A DNA stretch of 59,114 nt, filler included. It is 5 parts of 5 records of this genome, joined end to end, with 100 filler letters (N's around TTAATTAATTAA, not from the genome) between each part and the next. Parts side by side here need not be neighbours in the genome. Positions count along the whole stretch, not along the records: positions 47,377 to 59,114 come from DRR723986_9894; 4 more parts are not named here. One strand, written 5' to 3'. This document shows positions 53,485 through 59,114 of this stretch, piece after piece. Position 1 is the stretch's first letter; each line of letters opens with the position of its first letter. The notes under the pieces were generated by a model. The model saw only the letters and a list, made by a program, of their open reading frames with translations. It was not told where the DNA came from and ran no database searches. Both the position numbers and the translations under genes were made by a program.

Positions 53485-53808
53485 TTATTGATCACGGAAC
53501 ACCCACCGGGTTTGACCACAGATTTGCATGGTGTAACCCGACAAGGACCGAACGAACCGATCATAGATGGACATCAGACGGTTATCGTGGGTGTTGTATT
53601 GAAAATACGGCAATCGGTTCTGGTAGATGTAGGATTTGATCACCCGTTCTATGTATCGGACAACTTTGACGGGGTTCTTGATAGTGCCGACTTGGTCTGT
53701 GGAATGGATCAGTCGATACCAATCCCAATCATCCCAAGTTTCGGTCCAGACAAGGAACTCGTTGCCGGTCTGATCTATACCAACGCCGTACCGGTGGCCT
53801 TCGAACAC
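53485..53808 (-). CDS. Hypothetical protein
   Basis: 107-aa ORF in the co-oriented cluster. Confidence 0.55.
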   Translation of the reverse strand: MFEGHRYGVGIDQTGNEFLVWTETWDDWDWYRLIHSTDQVGTIKNPVKVVRYIERVIKSYIYQNRLPYFQYNTHDNRLMSIYDRFVRSLSGYTMQICGQTRWVFRDQ

Positions 53809-53825
53809 GAATGTTTCAATGGTCT

Positions 53826-54008
53826 TTACTGCGGGGAGTCTCCTTCTTTTGGGTTGCGGGGTTCATAGTAGGTGCAGGAAGCAACTTCACTGATTTGTGG
53901 TGGTCGCTTTGCACCGGATCGATTGATGGGGTGGTTACACATGATGCCTTGGCCAACACCAACTGACCAGATCAGGTAACGGCATCCTTTACAGTCAAGA
54001 ATCTGCAT
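53826..54008 (-). CDS. Small Cys-rich hypothetical protein
   Basis: CKGC...C...C; overlaps upstream ORF, with GGAAGA upstream. Confidence 0.5.
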   Translation of the reverse strand: MQILDCKGCRYLIWSVGVGQGIMCNHPINRSGAKRPPQISEVASCTYYEPRNPKEGDSPQ

Positions 54009-54177
54009 CTGAGTCGTCTTCCTGATTTGGGGTGTCCAGCTTCAACTTGCCCGAATGTATCAGACCCAACATGAACTGCATGGATTCACGGGTGGGTCCG
54101 TCATATCCAGTTGTTTCACCCTTTGCTGACCCTGCTATAGGCTCCTTCGAGGCTTGGTTGTTCTCGTCATTGTTCAA
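53995..54177 (-). CDS. Hypothetical protein (60 aa)
   Basis: TTG start; coupled to the next ORF. Confidence 0.4.
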   Translation of the reverse strand: MNNDENNQASKEPIAGSAKGETTGYDGPTRESMQFMLGLIHSGKLKLDTPNQEDDSDADS

Positions 54178-54519
54178 AGTTTCGTAACTTCCCTATCTGT
54201 TGGATTCGTTCAGGTGGTCAGTTGTCGATAGAGTTGAGCAGCAAAGTTTATTCCGACGCCATTCGGAAATAGCTCGACAATGCGGACCGAATGTGCTATA
54301 CATAGACTATTCGAATTTATTTGAAGTCTTCTTGCCCCGACATTCGAGGTGGCTTCAAGTCGACTGCCCATCGTTAGTAGCAGGCATCTGGGTCTTGGAC
54401 CCGATCTGCGCAAAAATGGGCGGTATCCTTATAAATATATATAAGTCTGTGCCCACACCCCCTTCATTTTGGGGATCCATCAAGCTGGAAGGGAACTAAG
54501 AAACTAGAAAGGATCATTT

Positions 54520-57417
54520 ATGAAAGTGTCGTATTTCAAAGAACTGTATAAATCAAAAGGTAACGTCAAGAAGATAGTTGACGTTGTTGATGAAATCAAG
54601 TCTGGGACCCATAAGAAACTTATTGAATCCATCGAACTTCATCTGGAAGATGGGTCCCTGTCGGATTCTGAACGTTCAAGTTTGATTCAGAAGAAGAAGG
54701 CTAAACTACCCATCTTCAACCCATGCTTACTGACAACTAACAAATCATCTTCATCAAAAGGTGGTGTTGCTACAGGATTAGTTCAAGTTGACATTGATGC
54801 ATCTGACAATCCAGATGTCGATATGTTACAAGTCAAGAATATCCTATCGAACCTACCCTATACAGTTTATGTGTTTCAATCACCGAAGGGTGGCTTGAAG
54901 TGGGCTGGCAAGACCGACTTTGAATCTGAAGATGACGAAGCGTTCGCAAAGCTGTTGACTAGATTCCGCACAGCTTACGATAGAACATTACTTGAACTGA
55001 AGAAGCATGTCGATGTTTGTTTCGACGATTGTGCACGAAGCATATCCAGACTGTGCTTTTTGAGTCACGATCCAGATATCTATTTCAATTCCAATCCTGA
55101 AACATTGGTCTTGGGTCCGATAGCAGTTCCCGTGGACGTAAAGCAGATCACATCACATGTCATCCAAGACAGCGTAGCACCAGACTTCATCGACACATTG
55201 CTATCCTTCGTTCCAGCAGCATCGAAGCACCCAGAACGGTTCAAGGTAGGCTGCGTTCTGTTCTGCCAACTGGGCAGTGAAGGTCAGTATAAGTATGTCG
55301 ATAAGTTCGAAAAGAACCATGCAAAGCTACTGCATGAATGGTCGAATATTGAAAAACATCAAAAGCACGGACACATCGGCACGCTTGTAAACATTGCTAA
55401 GGAAAATGGCTACAAACCTAGGCAAAGTAATGGACGCAGGTTCGAACGGGCGAAGCCAAGTCAGCATCGCTTTGATCCACCAGTATCAGTTCAAGAAGCA
55501 CGCAAGCATCTGAACGACATCTTGACGGACTGTATCCGCAACAAAAAATCGCATTACATTTCCATGTCTTGTGGGTTGGGCAAGACAGATACGATGTTGG
55601 ATGCGATCTTGGATCACGGTTCCGACATGAAAATCATGATTTGCACGCCGACCGGGCAACTGCAGGATCAGATTCATCAGAACCTGATCAAGAAGATCGA
55701 AGATAAGTTTGATTTCTTCACAGCCCAGCAGATAATCACGGGTATCAAAGCGACAAAGGGTCGGCTGACATCTGATGAACACGGACCAATGTGCATCCAA
55801 GCGGATGTCGTGACTAAGCTTCAGAATATTGAAGCGGGGTTGCCCGTCACTGAATGTTACAAATGCCCAGTGTTCGACACTTGCCGATACCTTCGGCAGT
55901 TCCAAGACTTCGACACCATACGGATTGTTACCACAAGTCAGTATTTCAACGGTCCCGGTATCTGGGATGGTGGATCAAAGGATGGCAAAAAGGGCAAGCT
56001 ACCACTAGACAAGCCGTTCCAGCCCGATCTGATCATCATTGACGAAAATGCGATCCAAGAACAAGTCATTACAGCAGGCTTGGATACACCCTTCGAGTCG
56101 CTGCAGGTCGTCATATCGCATTGCGGGACCGGGAAAGGCTTAGCAAAGGCGGTCCAGAAATGTGCAAATCAAATCCTGACTGATCATGCCGTTGCCAAGT
56201 CTGCAAAGAAGACGCTTTCGAAGCAGATACTGAACGGATCGAAGTCTGTCGCCAATGACTACGACGCCAAGCACTTTGTGATCTTGGAAGCCTTCGCCAA
56301 GTATATCATGACAGGCTATGATGACAGTATGTTGGATGGCATCCGGTTTCGCAAGGCGAAGTATCACAACAAGCCCGGCATTACCCCACTTCTTGAAAAG
56401 TTGTCGATGAAGCAAGTCGCCGACGAATATCAAGATGTTCCTGTTATTATACTGGATGCCACGGCTGAAGAAGCTGTTGTGAAGGCCGTCTTTCCGAAGA
56501 TTCCTTTCACCAAGATGATCGTTAAACAAAACGATGATGTGAAGATTCACCAGTTGGAAGGCACGTCAGTGACCAAGCGATGGTTGAAAGGAAAGGGCAA
56601 CGTTAACAAAATAGTTGACAGGATCAACGGAATCCTAACGAAGAAAACGGCACCGAACAAAAAGGTTGGGTTGATTACTTTCAAATCTATAGATGGGGAT
56701 CAGCAGTTTCATCAGACGTTGGGTCAGCGTATCGGTGCAACTAAGATATCGTATTTCGGAAACCTACGCGGCAGCAACGACTTCGAAGATGTTGATTTCT
56801 TGTTCATAGTGGGACGCCATGCAGCAAACGGGATTGTTCATGAACGCTTTGCAAAGGCCGTGTTCGATCATGACTGGGCAGGTGATAAAGAATACGTCGA
56901 TCAGTTGGTCGCTATGCAGGATGGACGCAGTTTTGCCCTGAACGCATCATGTTACACAAATGATGTTGACCAAGTCATCTATCGGCATTGTTCTGTAAAC
57001 GAAACCATCCAAGCTGTTGGTCGATCAAGACCCATCCACGGTGGTCCGAAGCAGGTTTATTTATTTTCAAACGAAAGCCTTGGTGAAGATGTTCGGATCA
57101 CAAGCTTCTTTGGCCTGACCGACTCCCAGTATGCAGATCAGTTCGCAGCCATCCATGAACGGGGTTTCATAGACTGGAAATCAAAGCAGCATCGCGACGC
57201 TTGCGGCATTACAGATCACACACGAAAGCACCGGCAGGATGTGTTCTTCGAAGATGCCATGGCGAACGATCTTGAAGTCGTCGTTGTCGATGGCGTGGAC
57301 ACAAGTCGTCACGTTATCAGCAAAACTTTCATAACGGCGAACACAGAACTGTTGGTGGAATCGTTGGAAGCTGCGAACACGACTGTGCAGGAAGTTCGAA
57401 GTTATTCAACTGGGTGA
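54520..57417 (+). CDS. BT4734/VirE_N-like primase + PriCT-like + SF2 helicase fusion
   Basis: KAKLP, GLVQVDID, FQSPKGGLK and SRLCFLSHDP (BT4734-like); IGTLVNIAKENG (PriCT-like); GLGKT, IIIDE, LDAT, RGSNDF and QAVGRSR (SF2); SD AAGGA. Confidence 0.8.
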   Translation: MKVSYFKELYKSKGNVKKIVDVVDEIKSGTHKKLIESIELHLEDGSLSDSERSSLIQKKKAKLPIFNPCLLTTNKSSSSKGGVATGLVQVDIDASDNPDVDMLQVKNILSNLPYTVYVFQSPKGGLKWAGKTDFESEDDEAFAKLLTRFRTAYDRTLLELKKHVDVCFDDCARSISRLCFLSHDPDIYFNSNPETLVLGPIAVPVDVKQITSHVIQDSVAPDFIDTLLSFVPAASKHPERFKVGCVLFCQLGSEGQYKYVDKFEKNHAKLLHEWSNIEKHQKHGHIGTLVNIAKENGYKPRQSNGRRFERAKPSQHRFDPPVSVQEARKHLNDILTDCIRNKKSHYISMSCGLGKTDTMLDAILDHGSDMKIMICTPTGQLQDQIHQNLIKKIEDKFDFFTAQQIITGIKATKGRLTSDEHGPMCIQADVVTKLQNIEAGLPVTECYKCPVFDTCRYLRQFQDFDTIRIVTTSQYFNGPGIWDGGSKDGKKGKLPLDKPFQPDLIIIDENAIQEQVITAGLDTPFESLQVVISHCGTGKGLAKAVQKCANQILTDHAVAKSAKKTLSKQILNGSKSVANDYDAKHFVILEAFAKYIMTGYDDSMLDGIRFRKAKYHNKPGITPLLEKLSMKQVADEYQDVPVIILDATAEEAVVKAVFPKIPFTKMIVKQNDDVKIHQLEGTSVTKRWLKGKGNVNKIVDRINGILTKKTAPNKKVGLITFKSIDGDQQFHQTLGQRIGATKISYFGNLRGSNDFEDVDFLFIVGRHAANGIVHERFAKAVFDHDWAGDKEYVDQLVAMQDGRSFALNASCYTNDVDQVIYRHCSVNETIQAVGRSRPIHGGPKQVYLFSNESLGEDVRITSFFGLTDSQYADQFAAIHERGFIDWKSKQHRDACGITDHTRKHRQDVFFEDAMANDLEVVVVDGVDTSRHVISKTFITANTELLVESLEAANTTVQEVRSYSTG

Positions 57418-57757
57418 AGGCGATAAGGATACATGGTGGGGTTGCTTCTGTGGTCAATAAATGTTTCCCCATCGTTACATTGTTGAGATGGTGCTGGCGT
57501 TCGATGTGTATTTCGCAAGTCCTTTCTTCAGTAAAAAATCTCGTCATGATAACTATCTTGATGGCGATGTCACCAAAATCGACTAGTGTCTATTAGGTAT
57601 AGTAAGGGAATGTCGATTCTGGTGTCTTGAAAACTATGGGGACAGGCATCATGCATCAAAGGTGACGAGATTTCCTTCGACCGGGCGAAGTATACCAGAT
57701 TTACATCGGATTTCAAGTTTGTTGGCATCCAGTTTGCCAGAAATCGTCGAAGACGCC

Positions 57758-58126
57758 TTATATACCCGTTATCCCGTTCACGATGTCAGATACACCAGAA
57801 GTGATATCACCCGTGTTCACGCCGCCGATAGCAGTTGCCGTGATCTGAGCAATGCTGCCACCAATGTTGACAATCCTGTTGTCCACCCGACCACGAACAA
57901 CGGCTTCGGTGGCGGATATGTTCAAGACCAGAACAGCACTGTCAAAGCTGCCGCCAAGTTGGGCAAGCTGCATGGAAGACGCATCCGATGACGCTGTGCG
58001 TGCTTGGTCCAACGCCATGTTGGAACCAGTTGAAACGCCCGCCGTCACGTCTTCCAGCCTGTCCAAAACGATGCGACCGGTGTTTACCCCACCGATGGAC
58101 AGGGCGTCTTCCCCGACCACGTCCAC
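57758..58126 (-). pseudogene. C-terminal fragment of TTALGAVN-motif protein, paralog A
   Basis: SIGGVNTG...LGGSFDSAVLVLNIS...TAIGGVNTGDITSGV; in-frame stop at 58160-58162; no signal peptide or N-terminal half. Confidence 0.75.
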
Positions 58127-58810
58127 AACATTGATCGAGAACTGCGGGTCATTGACCTTTCAAATATCTTCATTCGCAACATATACCATGTGAATGACGA
58201 CGGGCATGTCAGTTACGGGCGGATGCACGGTGGGTTCTGGCAGGGCATCAAATCTGATCACCGCCACGGTATTAGAATCAATGGTCAGCCGGTAGTGATT
58301 CTGGATTACAAGGCAATGATCTTGAACATCGTTGCCGCACAACATGGCATACAGTTGGTTGGCGATCCGTATGATGTGGATTTTGGTTTTGCCGATTATG
58401 CAAAGAAGCTACAGCGACAGATGGTGAAGTCCGCTGTGATTATTGCGATCAACAGTCAAACGGAAGTGAAGGGCTACTTTGCAGCAAGGGAGCAACTGAA
58501 CGACGACTTCTGGGATGTGGTGGGCCTTGGATTTCCAAAGTCCGTCTTCGATGACATCATCGCGGCGTTATTGAAGCGTCATCCGTTCCTGCAAAATGTA
58601 TTCTTCAAGAGCATCGGAAAAGATATCTTCATGGAAGATGCCGCCATCGCGCGGGATATCATGGAGCGGTTCTTGGATGTGGGAAGGGTGGTCCTGCCGA
58701 TTCATGATGGATTTGTGGCCCAAATGGATGACAAGGATTTCCTGAGGAAGGCTATGGAAGACGCGTGGTATGATCGCTTCGGGACAACTATTGGCATCGA
58801 TGAGGAGTGA
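58110..58810 (+). pseudogene. 5'-truncated family-A-polymerase-like gene (left limit approximate)
   Basis: IDLSNIFIRNIY...GRMHGGFWQ, motif A VILDYKAM, DPY, motif B RQMVK, motif C LPIHDGF; no credible start upstream. Confidence 0.6.
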
Positions 58811-59114
58811 TCCCGTCTTCTGGCACCCTGATGGATTGCGCAAAATCGACCAGTCCCTATTACAGTATGTATAAGGCCTTGGTCGCTTTTGCGAGAATTT
58901 TATCCCTTCGCATCCAACGAACCAGAAGACGGGATTTCAGGAAGGGATGTTCAACACCAAGGTTGCGGCGAAGCCGCTTCATTTCCGAAGGAAATGAACG
59001 TCAACGGTTGAGGTTGCGACGCGGCGGCCACCGGCGCGTCGTGGGCGCTGTAAGGGCGCGTGTGGCCCCAACATGGTTTCGTCAGGGAGTGTCCTGAACT
59101 CTGTGTATCTGGCC

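Larger units (their letters stand above)
50329..57743. mobile_element. Tyrosine-recombinase integrative element (related sequence continues to 59114)
   Basis: GTTTGCCAGAAA direct repeat at 50329-50340 and 57732-57743; integrase next to left end; primase-helicase and H-NS inside; paralog genes on both flanks. Confidence 0.7.

Noticed and set aside
57414-57991. Short plus-strand ORFs as the missing polymerase N-terminus
   Set aside because: No SD or recognisable motifs, too short, and largely antisense to paralog A.
58818-58825. TTCTGGCA as inverted partner of the left att (invertible switch supplying a start to paralog B)
   Set aside because: Only 8 bp, already explained as part of a local palindrome, and the resulting N-terminus lacks an SD.
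50329-59114. Prophage, integron or retroelement
   Set aside because: No structural, terminase or reverse transcriptase genes; no attC-like array or IntI-specific features recognised.

Overview
This window is not one locus. It is five unrelated contigs joined by 100-nt artificial spacers (N44-TTAATTAATTAA-N44) at 25946-26045, 31931-32030, 39395-39494 and 47277-47376. Contigs 1-3 (1-39394) look like Rhodobacteraceae (Roseobacter-group) housekeeping DNA: pyrB, uracil-DNA glycosylase, moaB, RND efflux, Sua5, fdhD-mobA-mobB-moeA, greA, soxR, ETF-QO, prs, ribF, argS, dgt, xth, dksA and MoxR. Contig 4 (39495-47276) looks planctomycete (MoxR/DUF58, NupG-like MFS, beta-CASP hydrolase, DUF1592/1588-type cytochrome c protein). 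Contig 5 (47377-59114) is the accessory region. It holds three paralogous secreted proteins with a repeated (T/S)ALG(A/G)VN(T/A)G motif and a six-hairpin, G-U-rich RNA-like segment between two of them. The cluster is interrupted by an AT-rich integrative element bounded by a 12-bp direct repeat. The element encodes two tyrosine recombinases, H-NS and a BT4734-like primase/SF2-helicase fusion. A 5'-truncated family-A-polymerase-like gene and GAA-loop hairpins lie just beyond the right repeat, and four related palindromic AT-core sites recur across this region. All calls come from reading motifs by eye; no database searches were run.
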